From positions 1,104 to 65,103 of the forward strand of contig DASZRD010000007.1 in the NCBI GenBank assembly GCA_035549255.1: 64,000 nt of DNA. The letters are read 5' to 3'. Position 1 is the stretch's first letter; each line of letters starts with the position of its first letter. The position numbers and the translations under genes are program-made. The notes under the pieces were generated by a model, which was not told the DNA's origin, made no database searches, and was given only the letters and a program-made list of their open reading frames with translations. This DNA comes from Minisyncoccota bacterium. GTDB taxonomy: Bacteria > Patescibacteriota > Minisyncoccia > Phycocordibacterales > SBAW01. This document shows, one piece after another, positions 1-10,260 of the stretch.

Positions 1-166
1 GAGATTGCGGTGACCTTCTTCCCCGTGGACCCAGCCGGCAAATATTCCCTGAAAGAATGCTCTTTCAATTTCTTTGAGCATTTCCGGTCCCCTAAGCATT
101 CCGCTTCCTTTCCTTGTTGATTTCCGATAAACACAATACCACGGAAATGAAAGAGAGAAAAAGGGG

Positions 167-940
167 TTAGTTCTTGACGCCTATTCCCTTTTTGAAGAGA
201 TACGCGACGACAAGTGCGAAGACGATAGTGAAGCCTATGAGCACGGTGAAGCACAGCCACAGCGGCACGTCAGAGACCCCAAGGAAGCCGTAGCGGAAGG
301 CGTTGATCATGTAGAGGATCGGATTGGCGAGCGATACCTTCTGCCAGAAGGGCGGGAACTGGGAGATCGAGTAGAAGATGCCACCGAGATAGGTAAGCGG
401 CGTCAGAACGAACGTCGGCACGATCGATATGCCGTCGAAGCCTTTCGCAAATACGCCGTTGATAAGGCCCCCCAGCGAGAAGAGGAGCGAAGTGAGGATA
501 AACGCGAGGATGAGCACGAGCGCGTTGTAGATGACCAGATGCGTGAAAAAGAGCGAGACGATAAGCACGCAAATGCCGACGATGAGCCCGCGCAGGACTC
601 CCCCACTCACGAAGCCGAGTATGACGACCCAGTCGGGCATGGGCGAGACCAGTATTTCCTCGAGGTTCTTGGTCCACTTGGCGAAGTAGAAGGTCGAGAC
701 TGTATTCATGTAGGAGCTTGTGATGACCGACATCATGATGAGGCCCGGCACGATGAACTGGATATAGGAGAAGCCATGGATAGGGGCGAGCTGCGAACCG
801 ATGAAGGTGCCGAAGACGATAAAGTAGAGGGAGGTCGTCACAACCGGTGGGAGTATGGTTTGCGACCAGATGCGTAATATCCGCACCAGCTCGCGCCGGA
901 TCATTGTGTAGTAGCCTGTCCAAATCTTAGAGGGTGTCAT
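167..940 (-). CDS. ABC-2 type transporter permease
   Basis: 257 aa polytopic hydrophobic protein. It sits 7 nt downstream of an ABC ATPase on the same strand, the typical ABC-2 exporter arrangement. Confidence 0.7.
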   Translation of the reverse strand: MTPSKIWTGYYTMIRRELVRILRIWSQTILPPVVTTSLYFIVFGTFIGSQLAPIHGFSYIQFIVPGLIMMSVITSSYMNTVSTFYFAKWTKNLEEILVSPMPDWVVILGFVSGGVLRGLIVGICVLIVSLFFTHLVIYNALVLILAFILTSLLFSLGGLINGVFAKGFDGISIVPTFVLTPLTYLGGIFYSISQFPPFWQKVSLANPILYMINAFRYGFLGVSDVPLWLCFTVLIGFTIVFALVVAYLFKKGIGVKN

Positions 941-946
941 AGATGA

Positions 947-1684
947 TTATGCGGCGGCCTTCTCGCCGATGAGGCCGAGATAAATATCCTCGAGCTTCTT
1001 TTCGCCATGGCGCGCAATGAGCGATTGCATGCTCTCCCTCACGACAATCTTGCCATGGTTGATGACCGCCACGTTGCGGCACAACGCCTCCGCCTCCTCG
1101 AGGTAATGGGTGGTGAGGATGATCGTGGTCCCCTCTTTGTTGATGCGGCGCAGGTACTCCCACATGCTGCGCCGAAGCTCGACGTCGACGCCCGCGGTCG
1201 GCTCGTCGAGGATGAGGAGCTTAGGCGCGTGAATAAGCGCGCGGGCGATCATGAGGCGGCGCTTCATGCCGCCGGAGAGCTTCTGCGACGATTCATTGCG
1301 CTTTTCCCAGAGGCCGAGGTCTTTAAGAATCGGCTCGGCGCGCATGAGCGCCTCGCGGCGCGGGATGCCATAGAAGCCCGCCTGATCGACGAGGATGTTG
1401 ATGACCTTCTCGAATATATTGATATTGAACTCCTGCGGCACCAGGCCGATGTTGAGCTTGGCAGCGACCGGCTCGCGGTCGACCGGGTGGCCGAAGATGC
1501 TTGCCTCACCGGAGGTCTTGGTGACCAAACTCGTAAGGATGCCGATCATCGTCGTCTTCCCCGCCCCGTTGGGGCCAAGGAGCGCAAAGAAGTCGCCGTC
1601 CTCAACCACGAGGTCGATACCCCTGAGCGCCTGTACGCCGCCCTGGTAGGTCTTGGTGAGGCCTCTGATCGATACTGCTTCCAT
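947..1684 (-). CDS. ABC transporter ATP-binding protein
   Basis: Walker A GPNGAGKTT, ABC signature LSGGMKRR, Walker B LILDEPTAGVD. Confidence 0.85.
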   Translation of the reverse strand: MEAVSIRGLTKTYQGGVQALRGIDLVVEDGDFFALLGPNGAGKTTMIGILTSLVTKTSGEASIFGHPVDREPVAAKLNIGLVPQEFNINIFEKVINILVDQAGFYGIPRREALMRAEPILKDLGLWEKRNESSQKLSGGMKRRLMIARALIHAPKLLILDEPTAGVDVELRRSMWEYLRRINKEGTTIILTTHYLEEAEALCRNVAVINHGKIVVRESMQSLIARHGEKKLEDIYLGLIGEKAAA

Positions 1685-1754
1685 GAAGGGCTCCAGTATA
1701 ACAAAAATCTCCCCAATCGGGAAGATTTTTGCGAAAAAAGAGAGAAGCGATGAA

Positions 1755-1970
1755 TTACATCATCGACATCATCTTCTTCCAGTTGACGAGCGCCATGATG
1801 CCGGCGATGCCGACAAGGATGTAGACCACCCACTCTACCTGCGGCCATGAGCCGAGGAGCAGGTCGATGACATTCCAATTGGCACCCATGAATCCACCGA
1901 GGCCTACGAGACCCCAGTTGAGAGCGCCAATAATCATGAGGATAGCACCGATAGATGAGAGAGATTTCAT
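1755..1970 (-). CDS. small membrane protein, DUF378-like
   Basis: 71 aa with two hydrophobic helices and a GALNWGLVG-type motif characteristic of DUF378. Confidence 0.5.
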   Translation of the reverse strand: MKSLSSIGAILMIIGALNWGLVGLGGFMGANWNVIDLLLGSWPQVEWVVYILVGIAGIMALVNWKKMMSMM

Positions 1971-2092
1971 TGTTGTACGGAAATATTCAGTATGCTTTAT
2001 AGCTACTGCGGCTCGACCTCCCCGCTTATCATAAGTATGAACCCTTTATCTTGCCTGGGAAGATGGGGGTGTTGATATCCCTCTATGCCGTT

Positions 2093-3397
2093 TTATTGCG
2101 CGGGAACAGCCGGGAGATAGGAGAGCGGGTTGAGGTAGGCGGTGACGTCCCCTACCGGCATGGTATACGTCTTGCCTTTGCAGCCGGAACTCGCGAAAGA
2201 GGCGATTTCAGAACCCGAAGACGCGTAGACGCCAAAGTGAAGGTGCGGGCCGGTGGCGTAGCCAGTCGTGTCAGAATAGGCGATCACCTGCCCCGTTTTG
2301 ACGACGTCGCCCTGCTGTACCGCGAAGGAAGAGAGATGCGCGTAGAGGGTCGAGAGGCCGTTGGGGTGCTTGATGAACACCCATTTGCCGAAGGACGCGC
2401 CCGGGCAGGTGAGGTCGGTATTGCCGGTGCCCAAAACCACGCCATCCATCGCGGCTTTGACCGGCGTCCCAGGGCTTGCAGCGAGGTCGAGGCCGGTGTG
2501 GCCTTTGCCGTTGTAGATCTGCGGGTTCTGGGTCGCGAAGTCGGTATTGCCGAAGTATTGCGTGATGCGGATGTTGTCGAGCGGCCAGGCAAGCACCCCC
2601 GGGTGCGGCGCCGGAATGCTGCCAGCCGCTACCGTGAGCCCGAGCTGCGCCTGATAGTTAAGGAGATCGGACTCGAACTTCGCCTCCTGCGCCTGCTTCT
2701 GGGCGATCTGCGCCTGGTACGTCGCCTCCTGATTCTTTGTTTGTGTGAGAAGTTGATTCTGAGAATCTTTAGCGATCGAGAGGCTCTGCTTTTGCTGGCC
2801 CAAATTGGTATTGAGGGATGCAAGCTGGTCGCGCTTGTCCTGTGCGGCGCTCTCGTTGCTCTGGAGATCGGTCTTAAGGCTGCTGAGAGAAGTGATGTGC
2901 TGCTCGAGGCTCGTGCGCAAGGACTCGAGCGTCGTCGCCTCATCGAAGAAGGACGAGAGCGATCCGCCGCTGAGGAGTGTCACGATAAGCGGCTGGGCAT
3001 CGAGCGAGTCAAGCTGGCGGAGCGAGTCGGCGATCTGCGATTCGGACTCCGCGATCTTCCCGGAGGTATCGGTGATATTGTCCTGGAGGGTCCCGATCTC
3101 GAGGTCCTGCTGCTTGATCTGGGTCTGGGTGAGCGTGATCGACTTCTGGATCTTCTGGATGTTGAGGTTGAGCGCGTTGATCGCGTTCTGAAGCGTAGTC
3201 TTCTGCGCTGTTGTGGTATTGAGCTGGGATTGCAGCTGCGCGATCTCGGACTTCAGCTGGTTGATTTGCTGGGTGCTTTGGTCGATCTGCGACTGCAGGT
3301 CACTCGTCGTATCGGCGCTGGTCTCCTCTGCGGCCGGCATGACGACAATGCCAAGCACTATCAAAGCCGCCGCAAGAGTAAGCCGCACATATCGCAT
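2093..3397 (-). CDS. M23 family metallopeptidase with N-terminal coiled coil (EnvC/murein hydrolase activator-like)
   Basis: Signal/TM N-terminus, a long Q/L-rich coiled coil, and a C-terminal LytM domain with GHTGLD...HLHFGV zinc-binding motifs. Confidence 0.8.
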   Translation of the reverse strand: MRYVRLTLAAALIVLGIVVMPAAEETSADTTSDLQSQIDQSTQQINQLKSEIAQLQSQLNTTTAQKTTLQNAINALNLNIQKIQKSITLTQTQIKQQDLEIGTLQDNITDTSGKIAESESQIADSLRQLDSLDAQPLIVTLLSGGSLSSFFDEATTLESLRTSLEQHITSLSSLKTDLQSNESAAQDKRDQLASLNTNLGQQKQSLSIAKDSQNQLLTQTKNQEATYQAQIAQKQAQEAKFESDLLNYQAQLGLTVAAGSIPAPHPGVLAWPLDNIRITQYFGNTDFATQNPQIYNGKGHTGLDLAASPGTPVKAAMDGVVLGTGNTDLTCPGASFGKWVFIKHPNGLSTLYAHLSSFAVQQGDVVKTGQVIAYSDTTGYATGPHLHFGVYASSGSEIASFASSGCKGKTYTMPVGDVTAYLNPLSYLPAVPAQ

Positions 3398-3402
3398 AAA
3401 GA

Positions 3403-4800
3403 TTATTTTAACACAGCGAGGGCTCTGCTTAGCCGCGCGATCGTCCTCTCGCGCCCCAAAAGCCCCGCAAGAGTAAACGGATCAGGAGACTTCTCCTTAC
3501 CGCTGAGCGCTACGCGCATCGGCCAGAGCACCGCCGACCTCCCTACGTCAGTCGCGTATGGGAATATGACCTCTTTGATTTCTTCCGCAGTGAAGCCTTC
3601 ACTCATGGAGCCGACAAGCTCTATGGCATGCGCAAGATAGGTCGCTGCGTCCACCGCCTCGGCTTTGGCTCCCTGAAGCAGAAGTTCTTTGCTCGGCGAG
3701 GGTTCTTGCGCGAGAAAATCAAACTCAGTTGTGAGGAGCTGTGCCGCCTCGCCCAGCGTCTGCGCGCGGTCTTGGATGAGCGCGGCAAGCGCTCGGTCGA
3801 CCTTGTTCCCTGAGAGAGCTTCTAATCGCTGAGCGAAGTCTTCCGGAGAGAGGCGCTTGATATGCTCATGATTGATCCAGAGCAATTTAGCCTCGTCGAA
3901 TTTAGCGCCGCTCTTCTGGACGCGCCCGATCTCGAATGCTTTGACGAGCTCGTCGACGGAAAATACCTCCTGCTCGCCTTCCGGATGCCAACCCAAGAGC
4001 GCCAGGAAATTGATCATCGCTTCGGGCAAGTATCCTTCCTTGCGGTAGTCGAGGATATCCTTGGCGCCGTCGCGCTTGCTGAGCTTCTTGTGGCCGTCGG
4101 GCCCCAAGATAAGCGGCATGGTCGCGATCTGGGGAGGTGTGATAGAGAGTGCTGCGTAGAGCGAGAGGAATTTCGGCGTCGAGGAAATGAATTCTTCCCC
4201 GCGCATGATGTGCGTGACACCCATCTCAAGGTCATCGACGATATGGGCGAAGTTGTAGGTCGGATAGCCGTCTGACTTAATGAGGATGAAGTCGTCGAGC
4301 GCTTCCTCCCCTGCCGAGAGCTCGCCGCGTACCAAGTCGTGCCAGGTATATCTTTTTATTTCTGGAACTTTAAAACGCAGTGGCTTGGTACCATCCCATG
4401 CATCCGTAGCAGCTGGCCGATGCTCGCGATAGAGGAACGGCTTCTTTTGTACCTCGGCTTCTTGCCTAAATTTCTCCACCTCTTCTTCGGTGTAGGGGTC
4501 GGGGTATGCGAGGCCTTTGTCGATGAGTTGCCGGGCGTACTTTTTGTAAGCATCGAGTCGGTCGGATTGCTTGATCGGCCCCTGGTCCCAATTAATCCCC
4601 AACCATTTGAGCGACTCTTGGATATGCTCGATTGAGCCTGCCACCTCGCGCTCCTTGTCGGTGTCCTCGATGCGCAATATGAAGGTGCCGCCGTACTTCT
4701 GCGCGAAAAGCCAGGCATAGATAGCTGTGCGCACGCCGCCGACGTGGAGAAACCCGGTGGGAGAAGGCGCGAAGCGGGTGACGACTCGTTCAGGATTCAT
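3403..4800 (-). CDS. gltX: glutamate--tRNA ligase
   Basis: Class I aaRS with N-terminal PSPTGFLHVGG (HIGH-type) and KLSKRDGA (KMSKS-type) motifs. Its length and layout match GluRS. Confidence 0.85.
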   Translation of the reverse strand: MNPERVVTRFAPSPTGFLHVGGVRTAIYAWLFAQKYGGTFILRIEDTDKEREVAGSIEHIQESLKWLGINWDQGPIKQSDRLDAYKKYARQLIDKGLAYPDPYTEEEVEKFRQEAEVQKKPFLYREHRPAATDAWDGTKPLRFKVPEIKRYTWHDLVRGELSAGEEALDDFILIKSDGYPTYNFAHIVDDLEMGVTHIMRGEEFISSTPKFLSLYAALSITPPQIATMPLILGPDGHKKLSKRDGAKDILDYRKEGYLPEAMINFLALLGWHPEGEQEVFSVDELVKAFEIGRVQKSGAKFDEAKLLWINHEHIKRLSPEDFAQRLEALSGNKVDRALAALIQDRAQTLGEAAQLLTTEFDFLAQEPSPSKELLLQGAKAEAVDAATYLAHAIELVGSMSEGFTAEEIKEVIFPYATDVGRSAVLWPMRVALSGKEKSPDPFTLAGLLGRERTIARLSRALAVLK

Positions 4801-5920
4801 GAGAGAGGGCGATATCCATCAGGGCGTTCGCGATCGTCTTGGCGGCGTCGGGACGGCCGAACGATCGTGCGGCTTCGGACATCTGGTGGACGAGTTGTTG
4901 GTTGCCGAGGATGCGGTTTATCTCCGAGATGAGAAGGCCGGGCGTGAGATTATTCTGTTCGATCACTACCGCAGCGCCGCTGCGTGCATAGGAGAAAGCG
5001 TTCTTGGTCTGATCATGCGATATGGGTTCCGGGATCGGAACGATAATCGACGGCAAACCCCACGAGGCGATCTCGAAGATGCCGCCCGCGCCCGCACGCG
5101 AGACGACGAGCGCCGCGGCGCCGGCCGCCATGCGCAGGGCCAGGTCATTGAGATAGGCAAAGGGCTTGTATCGCTCGCCGTACGGCGAGTTCATAAGCGC
5201 CACGCGGGCGCGGCCCTCGACCTCGGTAATGTTGCTCTCCCCTGCCTGGTGCACGACCTGATACTTTTCTACCAATTGCGGCAGGGCCGCCAGCACCGCC
5301 TCGTTGAGCGCCTGCGCGCCCTGCGAGCCGCCGAGCACGAGCAGCGTGGGTATCTCGCGCTTGAGATGCAGGAACTCGTACGCCCCTTCGCGCGAGGGCA
5401 GGAGCACCGCCTTGCGGATCGGATTCCCGGTGAAGGCGACCTTGTCTTTGGGGAAATATTGCGCCGCTTCTTCGAAGGATACCGCGACCTTCTCGGCGAA
5501 TCTGCCCGCCCAATGGTTGACGCGGCTGGGCTCGACGTCGGTCGCGTAGATGACGACGGGTATCCTGAAGAGCCGCGCAGCGAGAAGCGTCGGGAATGCG
5601 CCGTAGCCGCCGGTCGCGAAGACGACGTCGGGATAGAGGAAGAAGGTCCGCAATACGGACTTTATGACGCCCCAGCCGGTCTTGAAGAAGTCGACAATGT
5701 TGAGGAGCGAGAAATAGCGGCGCATCTTGCCCGCTGCCGTGGGCACGAAGGTGATGTTGTTTGCCATGAGCATCTCCCGGTCGTAGGGCTCGGGGGCGGC
5801 ATAGTAGAGCTGCGGCTCGAGGAGCTTGCGCTCGCGCGTGAGGTCGCCGATCGCCTCCGCGACGGCAATAATTGGATAAAAGTGCCCTCCGCTCCCGCTG
5901 CCGGTAAAAAGTATTTTCAT
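4790..5920 (-). CDS. murG: undecaprenyldiphospho-muramoylpentapeptide beta-N-acetylglucosaminyltransferase
   Basis: N-terminal GSGGHFYP glycosyltransferase family 28 motif. It lies immediately downstream of ftsW and mraY (dcw-cluster order). Confidence 0.85.
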   Translation of the reverse strand: MKILFTGSGSGGHFYPIIAVAEAIGDLTRERKLLEPQLYYAAPEPYDREMLMANNITFVPTAAGKMRRYFSLLNIVDFFKTGWGVIKSVLRTFFLYPDVVFATGGYGAFPTLLAARLFRIPVVIYATDVEPSRVNHWAGRFAEKVAVSFEEAAQYFPKDKVAFTGNPIRKAVLLPSREGAYEFLHLKREIPTLLVLGGSQGAQALNEAVLAALPQLVEKYQVVHQAGESNITEVEGRARVALMNSPYGERYKPFAYLNDLALRMAAGAAALVVSRAGAGGIFEIASWGLPSIIVPIPEPISHDQTKNAFSYARSGAAVVIEQNNLTPGLLISEINRILGNQQLVHQMSEAARSFGRPDAAKTIANALMDIALSHES

Positions 5921-7023
5921 GAGGTTGGCTTCTTCATCCTGCGCGACACGCTTACTATAACACCGGCTTCGACGAATGCCATCGCGAGCGCCGTGCCGCC
6001 GTTGGAGACGAATATGAGCGGCACGCCGACCAAGGGCACCAGCCCCAGGCTTGAAGCGATATTGAAGAACGATTGCCCCACGATCAGCACCACCAAGCCG
6101 ATCACGAGAAGGCCCCCGAAAGGGTCGGGCGCGCGCGCGGCGATGCGCAGGCCGAGCAGGCCCAGCGCGATAAAAAGCCCGACCAGGATCACGCTCCCGA
6201 CAAAACCGAATTCTTCCCCGGCGACGGCGAAGATGGAGTCGCCGATCGGCTCGGGAAGGTACGAGAATTTCTCGATCCCCTGCCCGAACCCCCGACCGAA
6301 GAAGCCGCCGGAGCCGACCGCGATGAGCGACTGCTGGATCTGCCAGCCGGCGCCCTGCGGGTCACTCGATTGGTCGAGGAAGGTCTCGATGCGCTGCGAG
6401 ACATGGGGGTACATGAGCGCGGCGCCGCCGATCGCAAGCGCGCATAAGAGCGCCAAGAGGCCCATATGGAGCAGCCTCCCGCCCGCGGCGAAGAATACGA
6501 CGATGCTGGTGGCACCGAGCATCGCGACGCCGGCCGTGTTGGGCTGGAGCAGAAGTATGAGCGCTGCCGGGCCGGCAATGGCAAGGAGCGGGAGGATGCC
6601 GCCTTTGAGCGTGGGCACCTGCCGCATGCGCGCGGCGTAATAGGCGGCGAGCATCGCGATAGTCGCGAGCTTGAGCACCTCTTCCGGCTGGAAGGATACG
6701 GGCCCGAGCACCAGCCATCGCGAGGCGCCCTTCAGCGAAAGCCCGATATGCGGGATAAGCGTCAGCGCGGTGAGGAACAGCGCGAAGCCGAAGAAATGCG
6801 GCGTGTAGGCGCGCCATTTGCGGTAATCCATGCGCGAGACGAAGTACGCCGCAATGCCGCCGAGCACCAGGCCCACCAGGAGCTGCTTGATCGTTACTGA
6901 CGAGAACGACGCGCCGTCGCGCGCGAGGAGCCCCAGCGCCGCCGAGGTGAAGATAAGGAGGCCGAACGCGACGAGCGCGCACAAGACGAGCAGGAACGGT
7001 ATGTCGACGGACTTATTTCTCAT
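5917..7023 (-). CDS. ftsW: cell division protein FtsW (SEDS family peptidoglycan glycosyltransferase)
   Basis: 368 aa polytopic FtsW/RodA/SpoVE-type membrane protein positioned between mraY and murG. Confidence 0.8.
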   Translation of the reverse strand: MRNKSVDIPFLLVLCALVAFGLLIFTSAALGLLARDGASFSSVTIKQLLVGLVLGGIAAYFVSRMDYRKWRAYTPHFFGFALFLTALTLIPHIGLSLKGASRWLVLGPVSFQPEEVLKLATIAMLAAYYAARMRQVPTLKGGILPLLAIAGPAALILLLQPNTAGVAMLGATSIVVFFAAGGRLLHMGLLALLCALAIGGAALMYPHVSQRIETFLDQSSDPQGAGWQIQQSLIAVGSGGFFGRGFGQGIEKFSYLPEPIGDSIFAVAGEEFGFVGSVILVGLFIALGLLGLRIAARAPDPFGGLLVIGLVVLIVGQSFFNIASSLGLVPLVGVPLIFVSNGGTALAMAFVEAGVIVSVSRRMKKPTS

Positions 7024-8085
7024 TTACAACAGTGCAATGCCCATGCCGATGATCGCGCAGACGACGCCCACGACCCAGTAGCGCATGGTGACCTTGTATG
7101 CCGGCCAGCCAATGGCCTCGAAGTGGTGATGGAGCGGCGCCACGCGCAGCAGCTTGCGGTGGAATACGCGCTTCCAGAATATCTGAAGAAGGTCCGATAC
7201 GACGGTCGCCGCAAGAAGGAGCGCGATAACCGGCAGCGCCACGAGCCCGCGGCCCGCGCCGTGGAGATCGGTCAGGAAGACTACCACCGTGAGGGCAAGC
7301 GTGAGCCCCATGGTGCCGGTTTCGGAAAGATAGAAGCGCGCTGGAGGAATATTGAACCACAGGAAGGCAAGCAAGCCGCCGACTATGGCCGCGCAGAACG
7401 CGGCGATATTGAACTGATGCTGGAAGAAGGCGATCCCGGCGTACGCGGCGAAAATGCTCCCGTAGATGCCGCCGGAGAGCCCGTCAAGCCCGTCGATAAC
7501 GCCCCCGGCATAGAGCGAGAGCGCGACGAGCATGAAGAATGGGATGAACAGTATGCCGAGCTCGACCGGGCCCGGGATGAATGGGAATGAAATCGCCGAG
7601 ACGCCGAGCTTGTCGTAGAACCACCACGCGCACAGGAGCGATACGACCGCCACCGCGACGAGCCGGATTCTCAGCGGGAGCCCTCCGCGCCCGCGCACCT
7701 CCCAAAGATCGTCGATGAATCCGATGAGGCTGCCGATGATGAGCGCCACGAACGGGAGCCAGGTCTGCTCGCGGCTTACGAAGGCCCAGCTGCTGAAAGC
7801 CTGCGGAGATATCTGCGCCAAGCCGGCCAGGACAAGCGCGGTCAGGAGCACGCTCCCCCACACGAGAATGCCGCCCGCGCGCGGCGTGCCGACTTCCTTC
7901 CTCTCATGCAGGCGGTTGAATTCGAGGGCTGCCGTGCCATCCAGCGCTACCTTGCCGGCCTTGGGCTTCCAGAACTTGTGCTTGTAGAGGAAATGCGTAA
8001 GGAACGGCGTCAGGAACATGCCGAACAGGAACGAGAGGGTCGCCGGGACGAATATGCGCATCGCGTCTGCTGCGGTCATCAACAT
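7024..8085 (-). CDS. mraY: phospho-N-acetylmuramoyl-pentapeptide-transferase
   Basis: Polytopic membrane protein with conserved MraY motifs (DD...GLDGL, HHHFE) in dcw context. Confidence 0.85.
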   Translation of the reverse strand: MLMTAADAMRIFVPATLSFLFGMFLTPFLTHFLYKHKFWKPKAGKVALDGTAALEFNRLHERKEVGTPRAGGILVWGSVLLTALVLAGLAQISPQAFSSWAFVSREQTWLPFVALIIGSLIGFIDDLWEVRGRGGLPLRIRLVAVAVVSLLCAWWFYDKLGVSAISFPFIPGPVELGILFIPFFMLVALSLYAGGVIDGLDGLSGGIYGSIFAAYAGIAFFQHQFNIAAFCAAIVGGLLAFLWFNIPPARFYLSETGTMGLTLALTVVVFLTDLHGAGRGLVALPVIALLLAATVVSDLLQIFWKRVFHRKLLRVAPLHHHFEAIGWPAYKVTMRYWVVGVVCAIIGMGIALL

Positions 8086-8089
8086 ATGG

Positions 8090-8983
8090 TTAGTGGGTTA
8101 AGGCTTTTTGCGCGGCCGCCAAAAGCGCTTCGACGTCTTTAAATCTTCCATCCTCTGTCGAGCCGAGCACCGCTATGACGATCGGCCGCCCGATATTGAG
8201 GTCGAAGGCTGCCACGAGGTTGCCCCCCGCAAGATCAGTGTACCCCGTTTTTGCCGCGATGAGGCCTGGCAGATAGTGGAGAGGGACCGAGGTTGAATCG
8301 GCCGAGAGCGAGCGAGCGCCCTCAGTAATGGTAACGCTCGGTGCCACGGTCGCCTCAAAGAGCGCGGGATATTGGGAGAGGAACGTGGCGCCCAGGACCG
8401 CCATGTCCCGCGCCGAGCCGTAGGCGCCTGCGGTCTCGAGGTCGACATCAAGCCCGGTCGGATTATTGAAATAGGTCTTGGTGAGCCCGAGCCGGCTGGC
8501 TTGCATATTCATGACCGTGATCGCGTCACCGGGCACGGCGGTCGATACCGCCTGCATGGCGTCGTTGCTCGATGCAACCAACCCGAAGCGCAGGAGGTCG
8601 CTGAGCGGCCACGCTTCCCCGGGCTTGAAGCCCCAATCGCCGTCGGGCGTCAGATCCTCCGGTGTGATCGTGATCTCCTCGCCCGTATCCTGCACCGTCG
8701 AGAGCACCGCCTCGGCGGTCATGAGCTTGGTAAGCGAGGCGAGCGGCAGGGATTCGTCGGCGTTTTTGGCAAAAAGCATCTTTTTCATGCCCGGGTCGTA
8801 GATCACCACCGCTTTGGCGGTAAGGCTGTCGGGGCTCAGCATGACGATCGGCGGCGGCGCCGCTTGAGAGCTGGGGCCGCTGAGCGGCGTATCGGTCGAG
8901 TAGACAAACGTGAGCACGATCGCGCACACGGCGCTTGCGCCCGCGAGCGTATAGTTGATTGCTTTACTGTGCGGCAAGGTCAT
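8090..8983 (-). CDS. D-alanyl-D-alanine carboxypeptidase (peptidase S11, low-MW PBP)
   Basis: Signal/TM N-terminus plus all three PBP active-site motifs: SLTK (SxxK), SSN (SxN), KTG. Confidence 0.8.
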   Translation of the reverse strand: MTLPHSKAINYTLAGASAVCAIVLTFVYSTDTPLSGPSSQAAPPPIVMLSPDSLTAKAVVIYDPGMKKMLFAKNADESLPLASLTKLMTAEAVLSTVQDTGEEITITPEDLTPDGDWGFKPGEAWPLSDLLRFGLVASSNDAMQAVSTAVPGDAITVMNMQASRLGLTKTYFNNPTGLDVDLETAGAYGSARDMAVLGATFLSQYPALFEATVAPSVTITEGARSLSADSTSVPLHYLPGLIAAKTGYTDLAGGNLVAAFDLNIGRPIVIAVLGSTEDGRFKDVEALLAAAQKALTH

Positions 8984-9548
8984 CGTGGGCGCCAGATTCC
9001 TGCTCCTTTATCCGATAAGCGGCTTCGAGCTCGGCGAGCTTGCCGCGCACGGCGTCGTAGTCGGGCAGGTCTTCCCGCTCGCGCACGCCCAGCTCTGCGA
9101 GGAGCTCGGTTGTCGGCTCATAGAGGAAGGAGCGCTCGTCTTTAGGATTGTGCACTTTGCGTACCAGTCCGCGCATGAGCAGCGTACGCAGCGTTTGCGA
9201 TGAATTGACGCCGCGGATGAAGTCGATCTCGCTGCGCGTAAGCGGCCCGCGATAGAGGATGGCTGAAAGCGCCTCGAGGCCGGCGCGGCCGACCTCCCGT
9301 GAGAGTTCCTCCTTGCGTATGCGCTCGACTAATGCGGCCGCTTGCGCGCCGACGCGCAGCTCGAGCGTGGTGCCGTCATCGACGCATACGACTCCGCGGC
9401 CCGCGGTTGTCCGCATCACCTCCCTGATGGCGAGTTCGAGCTGCGATATATCAACGTCAAGCTTGCTTATGAGTTCTTTGCGCGAAACGGGCCGCCCAAG
9501 GGCGAAGAGGAGCGCTTCTATCTGTCGTGCGAGTTCCTGATCATTCAT
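8964..9548 (-). CDS. scpB: segregation and condensation protein B
   Basis: 194 aa with two winged-helix repeats of ScpB type. Its start overlaps the stop of scpA. Confidence 0.8.
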   Translation of the reverse strand: MNDQELARQIEALLFALGRPVSRKELISKLDVDISQLELAIREVMRTTAGRGVVCVDDGTTLELRVGAQAAALVERIRKEELSREVGRAGLEALSAILYRGPLTRSEIDFIRGVNSSQTLRTLLMRGLVRKVHNPKDERSFLYEPTTELLAELGVREREDLPDYDAVRGKLAELEAAYRIKEQESGAHDDLAAQ

Positions 9549-10257
9549 AGGATGGCGTGGAGACAGTATCAGATTCGAGCATGATGTCGCCGAATTTCTT
9601 CTCCTGGTTGGCTCTCAGTATACCCTGCTTCACAAGCTCGAGCATGGCCAAGAAGCTCACGATTACCTCCGCACGCTCGCGCCTGCCCGTAAATTCGCGG
9701 AATGAAAGCTTCATCGCCGAGGTGACGCGTTTGCTGAGGCTCTCGATCATGTCTTCAAGCGACATGATCTTTTTTACTTCCACCTTGGGGAGGTGCGTGA
9801 GCTGCGGGAAGCCTTGGATAAGGGTATGCGCAGCCGCGCGCAAGGCATCCGCCGTGATGCTTGCGTCGGGCAGGAACATGGGCTCGGGATCGGCCGCAAT
9901 GCCCTCATAGAGCATCGGGTTCCCGAAATTTGCGCGCAGGCCACGGCCCGCATCTTTTATTATTTGATACACCGCGAGGCGATACTCGAGCTCTTTGATG
10001 TCGCGCTCCTCGCCCTCGGAGAGTTCCAAGGCGGGCAGAAGCGAGCGGGATTTGATAAGGAGCAGCGTTGCCGCAAGCGCCACGAAGCTCGCCGTCTCCC
10101 CCACTGGCATCTCCCGTAAAGAGTTCACGTGCGCGATGTACTCGTCGGCAACCGCGGCGAGCGAGATGTCGTTGATAAGGAGCTTGCGCTTCTCGATGAG
10201 GTCGAGCAACAGGTCGAGCGGGCCTTCGTAGACGGGAGTTTTAACGGTTATTGGCAT
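9541..10257 (-). CDS. scpA: segregation and condensation protein A
   Basis: 238 aa. The N-terminal YEGPLDLLLDLIEKRK... motif is typical of the ScpA kleisin, and it sits directly upstream of scpB. Confidence 0.8.
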   Translation of the reverse strand: MPITVKTPVYEGPLDLLLDLIEKRKLLINDISLAAVADEYIAHVNSLREMPVGETASFVALAATLLLIKSRSLLPALELSEGEERDIKELEYRLAVYQIIKDAGRGLRANFGNPMLYEGIAADPEPMFLPDASITADALRAAAHTLIQGFPQLTHLPKVEVKKIMSLEDMIESLSKRVTSAMKLSFREFTGRRERAEVIVSFLAMLELVKQGILRANQEKKFGDIMLESDTVSTPSYE

Positions 10258-10260
10258 AAC

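Noticed and set aside
2051-3640. 529-aa plus-strand ORF
   Set aside because: It is entirely antisense to the well-supported M23 peptidase gene (and part of gltX). It is arginine-rich with low complexity, as expected for antisense frames in high-GC DNA, and has no motifs.
4727-6640. 637-aa plus-strand ORF
   Set aside because: It is antisense to murG and ftsW, which have clear family motifs and operon context. The long open frame is an artefact of high GC.
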